This document shows positions 53,444-64,000 of a DNA stretch of 64,000 nt, in pieces. The first letter of the stretch is position 1; each line of letters starts with the position of its first letter. Source of the DNA: Balanoglossus misakiensis (taxonomy: Eukaryota; Animalia; Hemichordata); assembly GCA_040954595.2 (NCBI GenBank), contig CM082596.2, positions 10,002,461 through 10,066,460 of the forward strand, given 5' to 3'. A program made the position numbers and the translations under genes. The notes below the pieces were generated by a model, which saw only the letters and a program-made list of their open reading frames with translations, made no database searches and was not told where the DNA came from.

Positions 53444-56400
53444 ATGTCGAGGGTCGTGCGCGGTCCATACAAGTGTTACCTAAATGATACCGAAGTCAGT
53501 ATTCCAAAGAGAACCTTGTTTAGATGGCGAATTCGCGATAAACATGGTTTAGAGGTAAGTGTAGCTCTTTTTTACCACGGCCTGAAGTATGCGCCGCGCT
53601 TGCTGCAGCTGCAGTTCCGTAGCCTGCAACATTCCTCGATGTGTGTGTGTTACGGAAAGGTGCCCCTTCCGTAACACACACATCGAGGAAAGTTGCTGGC
53701 TACGGAACTGCAGCAAGCGCCGGGCGAAAACTGGCATTGTCTGTCATTTCTCGGTGATTGTTATAATTATAGGGTGTCATAGGTAGTGTATGCATTTTAT
53801 TTCTGTTCTTTTTGGTTTTATTAAAGTCCAAAAGGCTAGCTTGTACATCTCCAACTCTTTGTCTAAATATAGCAGCATTTATGCTGCTGCAGTATTTTTT
53901 TAATTGAAAAATAATTTAGTACTACGAATATTGAGGGAAAAAAACAAAAAAAAACAGGTCATTACTGACACCAGCCTACTTTTCTTTATAAGAACTATTA
54001 AAGCATTAGCACTTTCCTCTGAGATTTAGAATCAAATGATGTAATATGCATTATGTAGTCCCGCTATACTGAAATACATATCTTAACCACATTCTATTCA
54101 TATCTTTCAGACTGATGATATCGCCATCGACACTGACAGTTGTTCTGTAAATAGTGACTACCAATCTGAAAGTGGCAATGATGAATATTTATATGATGGT
54201 AACGCCTCTCATGACAGTTATCGAAGTGGACTAACTTTCTCTCACAGAGATACAGACATTGATGAATACAGCACTACAGAACCAGACACAGATGACTATT
54301 TATCAGCCGACGAAACATCAGATGATCAGACATCATTCATCATAGATGACCAAGTACCAGCTCAGGAAACGTCACATGTCAACTTACTGAGTGACGGAAG
54401 TGGAGAGATTGAAGAAAGTGAAGAAATTATACACACACGCATATCAAACAAAAACACTAATGGGACGGGCACAGGAGAAAGTGGTGATGAATTGGTAGGT
54501 TCTGCTTTTGACTTTAAAAATTTTATGGTTGCCAATTTGAATTTTGTGCGGTAACTTACCTTAATCACTTATGATCTATGACTTTTTACATTATTTTGAT
54601 GATTTACTTTCAAAGTAAGTGTACTTACTGAAGGGTGTGCATTTACAACTTGAAAAAGTGGACATGGTGCAATATACACATTGATTCCTTGACAGAAACA
54701 TGACAGTGATACACACCAAAATGTCTCTATTCTTTTAGCAATGTGACCAACTTTTGATCATCGGAAATTTAAAAATTGTTTATTTGTTTAGCTATTACAA
54801 CATCGTTTAGTATTCCACTAATCAATCTGTTTTATATGTTAATGCAACTTAATACACATCGTTATTATAAAATACAAGTATGAAAGCTAGTGTCTCTATG
54901 GTTGTGAATGCATTTATTTTAATTCTCAAGGAGGCCTATTATTTAGAGCATGACCCCTGTTTTCAAAATCTGGTGATCAATGCATAAGAGATCAGAGCCT
55001 GTTTTCACAAGGTCAAATCAAGGTTAAATGTGTCAGTCCTGTGAGTGTGACCATTGCATTGTTCATGTTATTTCTGGTTGTCCTATTTTTCTAAATGTAC
55101 TACTATTTTTCTAATTCTCAGGGAGCTGAAGAAGGAACTGGAGAGATGAATGTCACAACAGAACAGCTTTGTCTACTTCTCCAGGCTTTTGTCCTCAGAC
55201 ACCGACTTACGAAAGATGCTCTCAAAGACTTGTTGCACGTCATTAACCTGATAGCACCAGAAACTGTACCAGCAACACCATACTTTTTTAAGAACTGTTT
55301 TGCTGAGACAGCTGTGTCGTGTAAGAAGCACTTCTATTGCTGTAGTTGTATGGCATATCTTGGTGCCGAGGGCGAAATTCAAACTGACACCACTTGTGGT
55401 AGCTGTAATGAGCCTTTCAGTGAGCAAATATCTGTAGCAAATAATAATTTTTTCATTGTAATGCCAATCAAGGACCAACTTGTAGATTTATTAGAAAATC
55501 AGAATATTAATAGTGAATTGTCAGTTTCAACTTTATTGGATGGCTCCATTTATCAAGATCTCCTTGAAAATGGTATCATAAGAGATAATGACTTAACCCT
55601 TCTCTGGAATTGTGATGGGGTCCCTGCCTTTAAGTCCTCTGGTTTCTCAATATGGCCCATTCAGTGTGTAGTGACAGAACTGACTCCAAAATGTCAAAAA
55701 CAAAATATTCTCATGCCTGGCCTATGGTTTGGTCAATCCAAACCACAGATGGATTGTTTTTTGGCACCATTTGGTGAAGAATGTGTGAAATTGGGTAATG
55801 ATGGTTTTACCTGGAGAAATCAAAGTTCTGGTGAGATAATCACAACATGTGTCCATGTGTTATTGTGTTCTTCTGATTCAGCTGCCAGGCCTTTGATGCG
55901 CAATTGCAAACAGTATAATTGGCAGTATGGATGTGACTGGTGCCTGCACCCAGGGGAATACATAGCAAAGGGCAATGGTCATGCACGTGTATATAGTGTA
56001 CAGGATCTTCCTCATCCTGAGTTGAGGAATAACGATCAGTATGAGGATTGTTGTAGGCAGGCGGTTGAAAGAGACCGACCAATATTGGGTGTGAAGGGAC
56101 CCAGTGTGTGTATGTTGCTTCCCAATTTCGACATTGTGAAAGGGTTTGTTCCTGATTATTTGCATTGTGTTTTATTAGGGGTTGTCAGGCAAATCACCTC
56201 ACTTTGGCTTGACAGTGAAAACAAGCAGAAACCCTGGTACTTAGCCCCTGCTAAACAACGTGTAATTAATTCCCGTTTGGTGCAGCAGTTTCCTCCAAAT
56301 GAAATAACCAGGACACCACGATCGTTAGATTACAGAAAGTATTGGAAAGGTTCGGAGTGGAGGGCATTTCTCCTTTTCTATTCTTTAATTGTTCTGAGAG

Positions 56401-57338
56401 GTGTGTTACCTGCAGTTTTTTCTGAACCATTGGTTTTTGCTGGTTTTTGGAATCCACACGTTACTTCAGGTAAAAGTAACAGCCCGCTCTGTTGATCTGG
56501 CAGAGCAGGCAATCAGAAAGTTTGTGACTCAAACTGAATGCCTTTATGGGAAAGAAGTGATGTCATTTAATATGCACATTCTACTGCATTTGTCTAGTAG
56601 TGTTAGGGAATGGGCACCTCTCTGGGCTACATCTTCCTGTGTGTTTGAAAGTCACAATGGTGTAATCATGAAGCTATTTCAGGGTACTCAAAGTGTGCCT
56701 TCACAGATATCAAACACATTCTGTCTGTGGAGAGATTTATCAAGAAGATCCACAATTATACCACAGGATAGTGATCTGAGGCCACTATTTGACAAATTGT
56801 CTAGAGGAATTGTGCATTTAAAGAGGGACTTTCATAGCTGCTCAGGGGTTGTGGCCATGGGAGCTGCTGACAAACGGATATAAGATTGACAGACAGGTTA
56901 GCTGTAGAGGAGGCTGTGGGCCACCCTATCTTGAATGTGAACGCCAAATATTACAAGAGATTCACTATATCAGGTGCTGTGTTCACAACAAGTAGCTACA
57001 CTAGGGCAGCAAAGAGAACGAACCATTATTTTCAGGGACAAGATGAGCAATTGTATGTAATAAGAAACCTTGTAATTCTTAGGCTAGGTTGCATATGCCA
57101 AGGTGATTGTCACTGTAATGAAAGATCATTCCTGATAGCCAGTAGGTGTTTAAGTGGGAGGTCAATGTTTGTTGACAATGAAATTGGCATACAGTGTACA
57201 CATGTAAAACCACTGCGTGAGATTTCACATGAAAGAATTGCTGTGCGACCGTCGTTTTTGAGACGTAAATGTGTAGTTCTTGGAATGGGTGAGTCAATTT
57301 ACCTCTCACCACTCCCCAACCCTTTTGAAAGGGACTGA
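53444..57338 (+). pseudogene. CACTA/EnSpm-type DDE transposase, 3 exons, ~900 aa, with two frameshifts in this copy
   Basis: Exons: 53444-53554 (MSRVVRGPYK...IPKRTLFRWR), 54111-54494 (acidic, open 128 codons), 55122-57338; both introns are phase 0 GT-AG. Motifs: CxxC...CxxC, NCDGVP (D), SSDSAAR (D), GCDWC, PDYLH, WKGSEWR, NMHILLHL, VFESHNG (E). Frameshifts at the T6 run 56416-56421 and at ~56880; AATAAA at 57474-57479. Confidence 0.93.
53596..53720. repeat. GC-rich hairpin in transposase intron 1
   Basis: CTGCAGTTCCGTAGCCTGCAACATTCCTCGATGTGTGTG(TG)TTACGGAA pairs with TTCCGTAACACACACATCGAGGAAAGTTGCTGGCTACGGAACTGCAG; short loop. Confidence 0.9.
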
Positions 57339-57662
57339 TAAGGGCTGCAAAAAAGTCTGTAGGTAGCAAACACTTACCCCAGTACTGTAGTTGAGAGTCC
57401 GTTTCTTCTGATTTGTATTTATATACAGATTTGTATATGTACCAGTGTTTTGCAGATATCATTTTGAAATTGTAATAAATGAATTATTTACAGAGACATA
57501 TTTGTCAAGTATTCATTCACAATATAAAATAGAATGATTAAGAATGAATAGCTGTGTGTTTGAGCTGAATGTATACTGGTATCTGTTTGCTCGGGGTGAA
57601 CTGGTTACTTTCCATGGCCAAACGATACAATCTTCGCCTAAATCAAAATCCTTAGCGTCCGG

Positions 57663-58890
57663 TCATGGTTGGCAATATTTTTCAATAGAAAATCTATTGA
57701 CGGCAATAGAATTCAATAGAGACAGTGGATTTTTGTTAAAATACACTGTTCACATTGAAATGTATGTAGTTGGGGCAAACCTGACAAACTCTTTGTCATT
57801 TTGTGATGATTATGTGCACACATTTGCTAAAAACTAGGGGAAAATGTTTCTTTCACCTATTTCATGGTTGGCAATATTTTTCAATAGAAAATCTATTGAC
57901 GGCAATAAAATTCAATAGAGTCAGTGGATTTTTGTTAAAATACACTGTTCACAGTGAAATATATGTAGTTGGGCCAAACCTGACAAATTCATTTGTCGTT
58001 TTGTGTTGATTATGTGCACACATTTGCTAAAAACTAGGGGAAAATGTTTCTTTCACCTATTTCATAGTTGGCAATATTTTTCAATAGAAAATCTATTGAC
58101 GGCAATAGAATTCAATAGAGACAGTGGATTTTTGTTAAAATACACTGTTCACAGTGAAATGTATGTAGTTGGGGCAAACCTGACAAATTCCTTTGTCATT
58201 TTGTGATGATTATGTGCACACATTTGCTAAAAACTAGGGAAAAATATTTCTTTCAACCATTTCAAGGTTGACAATATTTTTCAATAGAAAATCTATTGAC
58301 GGCAATAGAATTCAATAGAGTCAGTGGATTTTTGTTAAAATACACTGTTCACAGTGAAATATATGTAGTTGGGCCAAACCTGACAAATTCATTTGTCGTT
58401 TTGTGTTGATTATGTGCACACATTTGCTAAAAACTAGGGGAAAATGTTTCTTTCACCTATTTCATGGTTGGCAATATTTTTCAATAGAAAATCTATTGAC
58501 GGCAATAGAATTCAACAGAGACAGTGGATTTTTGTTAAAATACACTGTTCACAGTGAAATGTATGTAGTTGGGGCAAACCTGACAAATTCCTTTGTCGTT
58601 TTGTGTTGATTATGTGCACACATTTGCTAAAAACTAGGGGAAAATGTTTCTTTCACCTATTTCATGGTTGGCAATATTTTTCAATAGAAAATCTATTGAC
58701 ATCAATAGAATTCAATAGAGTCTGTGGATTTCTGTTAAAATATACTTTGTTCACAGTGAAATATGTGTAATGGGGCAAATCTTACAAATTGCTTTGTCAT
58801 TGTATGATAATCATGTTAAAACCTATTAAAAATCATTTTTCACTTATTTCATGCTAGGTAATATTTTCAATAGAAAATCTATTGACGGCT
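57663..58890. repeat. Right subterminal array: ~6 tandem 200-bp units
   Basis: Units start at ~57663, 57862, 58062, 58262, 58462, 58662; each has TTCAATAGAAAATCTATTGACGGCAATAGAATTCAATAGAG or a close variant. Confidence 0.97.
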
Positions 58891-59511
58891 AGTTTAATGG
58901 AAATCATCTGTATAATTCTATAGAAAATAATATTCTATTGATTTTCTATTGAATTCTACACGTTTCTATAGAGGTCTATAGAGTTCTATAGAACCTTTTT
59001 CGTAAGGGTTGAAATGTGTTTTACATCTAAATGCATCGTTTTGGGAACATTTTCTAGTATGTATGTGATTATTAAATTGAACTTGTATATTTGCTGGGGC
59101 AACTAAATTTTCAGTAAAGATAAGGAATGCCCAATGTTCGGATTGTCTTCAAAAAGATGACAACAACTCAAGTCTCAAAAACTCTTTTGTTTTTAAGTTT
59201 GAATTGTAGTTGTCACATCATTAACGACTTCACATGTGAATGCCAAATTTCGATTCTTAGCAAATGTTGTATTTTCACAGAGAGGAGTCCATTTCTCAAT
59301 CATATCACCCCGCAAACTGCCTGAACTCCAAAAACTTAACTTCAAAGCATATGGTGAAGTACAGATGGTACCAATGAAGGATTATGCGGCTGATCCACAC
59401 CACATGATACTTCTCAAAGGTTATCAACTTGCAGGTAGGTATCTGTTGCTACGCAAATATTTGCAATCATACCATGATCTAGATTCTAAAGTTCACTGGT
59501 CAAATATATAT

Positions 59512-61388
59512 GGCCAAAGTAAGTAAATTCTTTGTTTTGCGTCCGCGCGCGCGTAGGTTTTCGGGTTTTTTTGAGAAAAATAACACAAAACTCATTTGCA
59601 TAAATTTCCAATCCACGGCGGTATTTTGTCGAAAAAAATGACATTTCGACAAATGCCACTTTACGGCAGTCCTATTCTAATCATGGTGTGACGTAAAACG
59701 ATACGCCCTACAGCAACTGCGCACGCTCGTAGTTGAAGTCTGTCAACACACGCTGCTGGCTGTACGCGTCCTGTCGCCGCGCATCTCCTCTGTCTGCTGG
59801 GAAAGCCAGGGATCCCCGTGATTTAACATGAATGAAGCCAACGAATAAGTCGTCCTAAAGGTTACGGAAAAAGATAAAACTATCCTTGACTAGATCAGGA
59901 TGGAAGTGACCGACGCGCAAAACTTTGCACGGCTACTGGAAGCCATGGTGAATGTACCATAAAGCCGGCCAGACAGTGTTTCAGTCGCCGATCGTCACCA
60001 CCTCGTCTACCAAAGGATGTTTTTCACCTTTTGTGCGGCCCCATACCCAGGTAACTAATTTATCTTAGTAGAGAAAATTTTTATAGTCAAGCCAGAACAC
60101 AATAATCTTTGTTGCTGTTTGATCACAGGGGGCTCTCCCTCCGCGATTTTGTTTGTTGTTATTGATTGGCATAATAAATAAATATGGTCAAGTTTGTTTG
60201 TTGACATGTAAGGTATACTAGTATTCAACGGTCAGGGTTAGCGTGTACATGTATTCAACGGTTAGAGTAAGTGTTGGCATTTTTTCGATCCATGGCACTC
60301 CCACCTGACCGTTGAATACACCGTGACCCTAACCCTGACCGTTGAATATTATACCTAACATGTCAACAAACAAACGTGACCATATTTATTTATTATGCCA
60401 ATCAATAACAACAACAAACAAACAAACAAACAAAATCGCGGAGGGAGAGCCCCCTGTGGTTTGATTTCTGTCTTTTAAATCCAGTCACATGTTTTTTTGA
60501 TTTTGTTAGATGTTTTCCTGGACAGTTTTTAAATATATTCATAAAGTGTGAAACAGTTATATTTGTCACATTTTATTTTCAAATATTTGATATTTAAAAT
60601 TCATTTCATTTGTGATTTTCAGATCTAGGTCCAACAGATGATGGTGAGCATTACAAATCGTTCTGTCAGTGAAATGGTACTAGAGAAAGGGAGCATTTAA
60701 AGGGGGGGGGGTAAGCAAAAGAAAATTCTATGGTGGTAGATCAGTAAAAATAGGTGGTGGGACTGTGAAGTTCAGTGAATGTAGAACATTTGTGTTTATT
60801 GCAATAAAGTCATATTTTAAGATTGAAAATTATCATCTCATGGGTTGGCATATGCATCATACTTCGTAGTGAGATGTTATCACTATACTCAAGCATGCTT
60901 TCGTATTTTGTTTACAGAATTTTCAAAAACATTTCTTCACAGAAATGTTTCATTGTGATCAACCAAACTTGGCAGATGGAAGTTTCTCCACATTACTACA
61001 GTGCCAGGTTGAATAGTCCTGATGTTTGATATGTTTGTGGGTCAGGAATCATCTCATCCCTATTACACCGGATATGAGGGAACAGTACCAGTCTAGCCAG
61101 CCAGAACTTGTAGAGACAGTGGCCACATTCAGCACACAAATAAGAAATCTAAAACTCGTAAAAGAAAAGCAAATGACAGATTAAAGGCTACAAATGACAT
61201 TGTATTTTGATCATATTGTAGTAGTGTGTCACACTACTACATAAATGTGCATATTGCACGAGAAAAACTCTGAAATAAAGGCAAACTAATTTTGTGTTAT
61301 TTTTTGTGTGTGTGTTTTTTGACCGCTTACCCTCGTACCTTTTAGAATTTTTAGTGGACGCAAAACAAAGAATTTACTTACTTTGGCC
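59512..61388. mobile_element. Non-autonomous TIR element with GGCC termini (Zator or PIF/Harbinger type)
   Basis: Perfect 33-bp TIR GGCCAAAGTAAGTAAATTCTTTGTTTTGCGTCC; flanks TAT/TAA (imperfect 3-bp TSD). Confidence 0.8.
60124..60458. mobile_element. Foldback MITE with 7-bp TSD (P-element-like), nested in the GGCC element
   Basis: CACAGGGGGCTCTCCCTCCGCGATTTTGTTTG... long TIR (~120 bp); TSD GTTTGAT at 60117-60123 and 60459-60465. Confidence 0.85.
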
Positions 61389-62026
61389 TAACTTGTTTAC
61401 GTGGTCATTTACAACCAATTCATCATTTTGTGGTTTGTTAAGATTTTCAGTACTCTAAATTGGTACTTCAATAAAATGGTTGTAATATATTTATTAATAT
61501 TTATTACACATCACGTATTATTATGCGCTCCTGGTTGGCTAATACTAAATATGACAGAACTTCATGACCTCTGCACACGATCTGAGGCTTATGGAAGTTA
61601 TTGTCGCGAGTGATGCAGTGTATTCTGTTGCAGTACTTTCACAAGCCAGCCTATTATTTCCCATCATGTCAATGCCTGGCCAATTAATTACACATCCTCC
61701 TGAAAATTGTTGGTAGGTGGGCAATCAATTTCCATGGTTACATCCTGGATGAAACACTGGTACAGGTTCAAGACAAGTTTAGTGACATTGTGTGAATCCA
61801 CAGCAGAATTTCACATCAACTGTATAATCCTCCAATTTTGTGTTTCAGAAAAATCGGTGTCCAGTGGTGATACAAAAGAGGTTGCCATAGACAAACCTAC
61901 AACCATAGCAACCACTTCAGTGTCTACAACCACTACCACAACACAGCCACTGAAACCCGCATCAACAGTTACCATGTTTACAGCATCTACCTCCAGTATG
62001 ACCTCAAATCCTCTCAAATCAAATGT

Positions 62027-62493
62027 TAGTCTCGGTTACCCAGATGCCTTTGCTTCTTCCGATGCTCTCCAGAAAAGGGTCTGGGGAAATGCTATTGAAA
62101 GCTTTGTAAAACAAAATGGCCGATGTCAGGATTTTGATCATCGCCTGATTGGCTGAGCTGTCAGTATGACCCGGGTCACTGGCTCTCAACAATGTGTGAT
62201 TTTTTGTCGTCTCTTCATATCAAGAGACCGGTACTTGTTGGTTGATGCGAAAGGCAAAAGGCGTCCTCTGTTAGCATTGTTGGAGAAATTATACGAAATA
62301 TCTTTGGTAGACGATTGTCGAAACTATTGCGGTGACCCGGGTCATACTGACAGCTCAGCCAATCAGGCGATGATCAAAATCCTGACATCGGCCATTTTGT
62401 TTTACAAAGCTTTCAATAGCATTTCCCCAATTTCCCCAGACTCTTTTCTGGAGAGCATCGGAAGAAGCAAAGGCGTCTGGGTAACCGAGACAA
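62027..62493. mobile_element. MITE with ~150-bp TIRs and 9-bp TSD (Academ/AcademH-like), inserted in a MED25 exon
   Basis: TAGTCTCGGTTACCCAGA...TCTGGGTAACCGAGACAA; TSD ATCAAATGT (62018-62026) and ATCAACTGT (62494-62502). Confidence 0.85.
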
Positions 62494-62982
62494 ATCAACT
62501 GTTGGAAGTTCATCCCCAGGTAAAGTCTCCAGTGTTGCTTCCCAGCCATTGTCAATTTAAGTCCGCACATAATTAGACCACCAAGTGAAGTGTGAGATAT
62601 AGTAGAATATTGCCATGTTGATCTTCACTACAAGTTAGTTAAAGTTATATAGCACTCTGTGATCAACGAGTTGAAAATACAGCATGAGTTTTCGGGGACA
62701 TGTAGTCCCCTTCATCAGATGCACACGTGGAATGAACAGAGAAACAGAGAATCATGGGGTATTCAAAGTAGGAAATATGTGCAGGACCAGGTGCATCAGA
62801 AATTTTTCCTGCAGTGGATTTTCTATCTGAGGATGGTGACTTCATGACCGAAATTTTGTGTCCGTGAGCAAGGCACTTTACTTCTCATTGCTCTGAGGAG
62901 ACTCATGGCTTTGTGTAGGTGATTTGCACCTTTTCTAGTCTTTCTACTAGACATATTTTCTGTGTTTGTGATAGATGAATTA

Positions 62983-63173
62983 CTGTCTTACAGGAAATTT
63001 TTGTGAACTTCGTGAGAACCAAAAAATGCGAATTAAAAAGTCATGTAAAAATATTTTTCAGGGATATTGGTGCAGTTAGTGAAATATGAGAATGCGAAAT
63101 TTAATTGTAGAATAACAGCTGTCTCTTAGGATTATGCGAACATTTCCTGTCACAGAAATTTTCTGTTTTACAG
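62983..63173. mobile_element. Diverged copy of the CTGTAAAAC MITE family
   Basis: TA|CTGTCTTACAGGAAATTTT...AAATTTTCTGTTTTACAG|TA; similar to 46805-47009. Confidence 0.65.
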
Positions 63174-64000
63174 TATATAAATAAATCAAGTAGATCTTTT
63201 TACTGCAGATGCTACACCAACAATTCATCTGTTACCTGGACGACCAAGTCAAATTTGAAGTCAGTCTCCACAACAACTATCGTCCTCTCAACAGAAACTG
63301 ATTCAACCAAGTCAGCCCCAGATGCAGGGCCAAGGTCAAAGGTCATCAATGCCTTTTTCCCAGCCTACCAGTTTACCAAACCAACCAGTATCCACTGTCA
63401 CAGCAAACAGGACTCAACAACCCAATGTGACTGTTTCAAGTATCCCCATGAGACAATTTTGTCCACCCAGGTACAGTTGTGGTCTACCTTCTACTTTTTG
63501 ATATTCAAATTAGCTGTTTCTAGTTACCCATCCTGTGAATTGAAAGCTTTTTATGACTGTATCGCATAGCCTTGTCTTACCAGTGTCTACACAGTAGACT
63601 ATTTATTTTCAAAACACATTCAAAACTTCTGTTTTGGTTGCAAAAAAGCCACTCTGTAAATGGAAAGACTCTTTGGATAATGCCACAGACTCATTAATCA
63701 AATTCAATTTTTAATGTGATTAATGTTGATAAGCCCTAAAACCTGATCCCTTCCAAATGTGAGTATGTGTGTTGAAAATGGGACTTTGAGAGTTGTAAGC
63801 TCAACATCGATTCAAAAATTGAAGTCATGAAGTAAAAAATGTGGTTTTGAATACTGGCCTTGATAATGCTTCATATTAACTAGGTTTGTTACCCTTTTTG
63901 GACAGGCAACTTCACCACCAAAGATGACTTCTCAGCATGTGCCAGCTGCTGCACTGAAAGCCACAGAGGGTGTCATGCAAATGGCAAATGCTAGTCAGTT

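Larger units (their letters stand above)
47879..59008 (+). mobile_element. Full-length CACTA/EnSpm (CMC superfamily) DNA transposon, 11,130 bp, inserted in a MED25 intron
   Basis: TIR CCCTTACGAAAAAGTTCTATAGAACT vs right-end reverse complement CCCTTACGAAAAAGGTTCTATAGAACT (1 indel); 2-bp TT TSD (47877-47878, 59009-59010); subterminal repeat arrays at both ends; internal CMC-type transposase. Confidence 0.95.
45431..64000 (+). pseudogene. MED25: Intron-containing MED25 pseudogene (VWA domain exons plus Ser/Thr-rich linker exons); 5' exons not found, continues off the right edge
   Basis: Exons: 45431-45529 (LLSGAGEKYGMISEGLSTALQLFDDMKRLR); 47612-47731 (API*KHCILI/NSPPYPLPSQGSINYSGFTVEQLAAMLGE); 59281-59434 (RGVHFSIISPRKLPELQKL...DPHHMILLKG); 61849-62519 (MITE-interrupted); less certain 63209-63470 and 63906 onward. 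These match recalled MED25 VWA motifs EGLSTALQLFDD, CNSPPY, RGIHFSIVSPRKLP, DPRHMVLVRG. GT-AG sites have compatible phases. Lesions: TAG at 47622-47624, 1-nt deletion near 47643. Confidence 0.9.

Noticed and set aside
54931-55022. Possible extra transposase exon after AATTCTCAAG
   Set aside because: The phase-0 frame hits TAA; exons 2 and 3 already join in frame without it
55173-57462. Minus-strand ORFs overlapping the transposase
   Set aside because: Antisense shadows of the real coding frame; no recognisable motifs
57803-58609. Three similar 67-68-aa ORFs
   Set aside because: By-products of the 200-bp subterminal tandem repeat
60230-60340. GGGTTAG/CCCTAACCC telomere-like words
   Set aside because: Single units within the arms of a MITE, not an array
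61707-62576. ORFs of 149, 136 and 71 aa as stand-alone genes (a mucin-like protein)
   Set aside because: Composite of intron, MED25 linker exon and MITE arms; the duplicated peptide arises from the inverted repeat
1-64000. Prokaryotic or phage defence system, rRNA or tRNA genes
   Set aside because: No operon-like gene density or recognisable structural RNA; spliceosomal introns and animal TEs throughout

Overview
Eukaryotic (animal, probably marine invertebrate; inferred from intron style and TE families) DNA at a satellite/unique-sequence boundary. Positions 1-~38010 are one AT-rich tandem satellite (~78-bp monomer plus a ~29-bp deletion monomer, with nested higher-order duplications). All ORFs listed there are artefacts of the repeat. 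The array ends by running into a hairpin-bearing non-autonomous transposon end. Positions 38.1-64 kb hold an intron-containing, disabled MED25 (Mediator subunit 25) copy on + and many MITEs. One MED25 intron contains a structurally complete 11.13-kb CACTA/EnSpm (CMC) transposon (47879-59008; CCC...GGG TIRs, TT TSD, long subterminal repeat arrays). The element carries two head-to-head spliced genes: a 3-exon DDE transposase (+) and a 7-exon BEND5-like protein (N-terminal domain, coiled coil, BEN domain) (-). The two genes flank a mirror-symmetric ~440-bp bidirectional promoter. The most interesting hypothesis is a two-component transposon in which the BEN protein binds the TTCTATTGA/TCAATAGAA motifs arrayed at both ends, as TnpA does in maize En/Spm. 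All homologies were recognised by eye; no searches were run.
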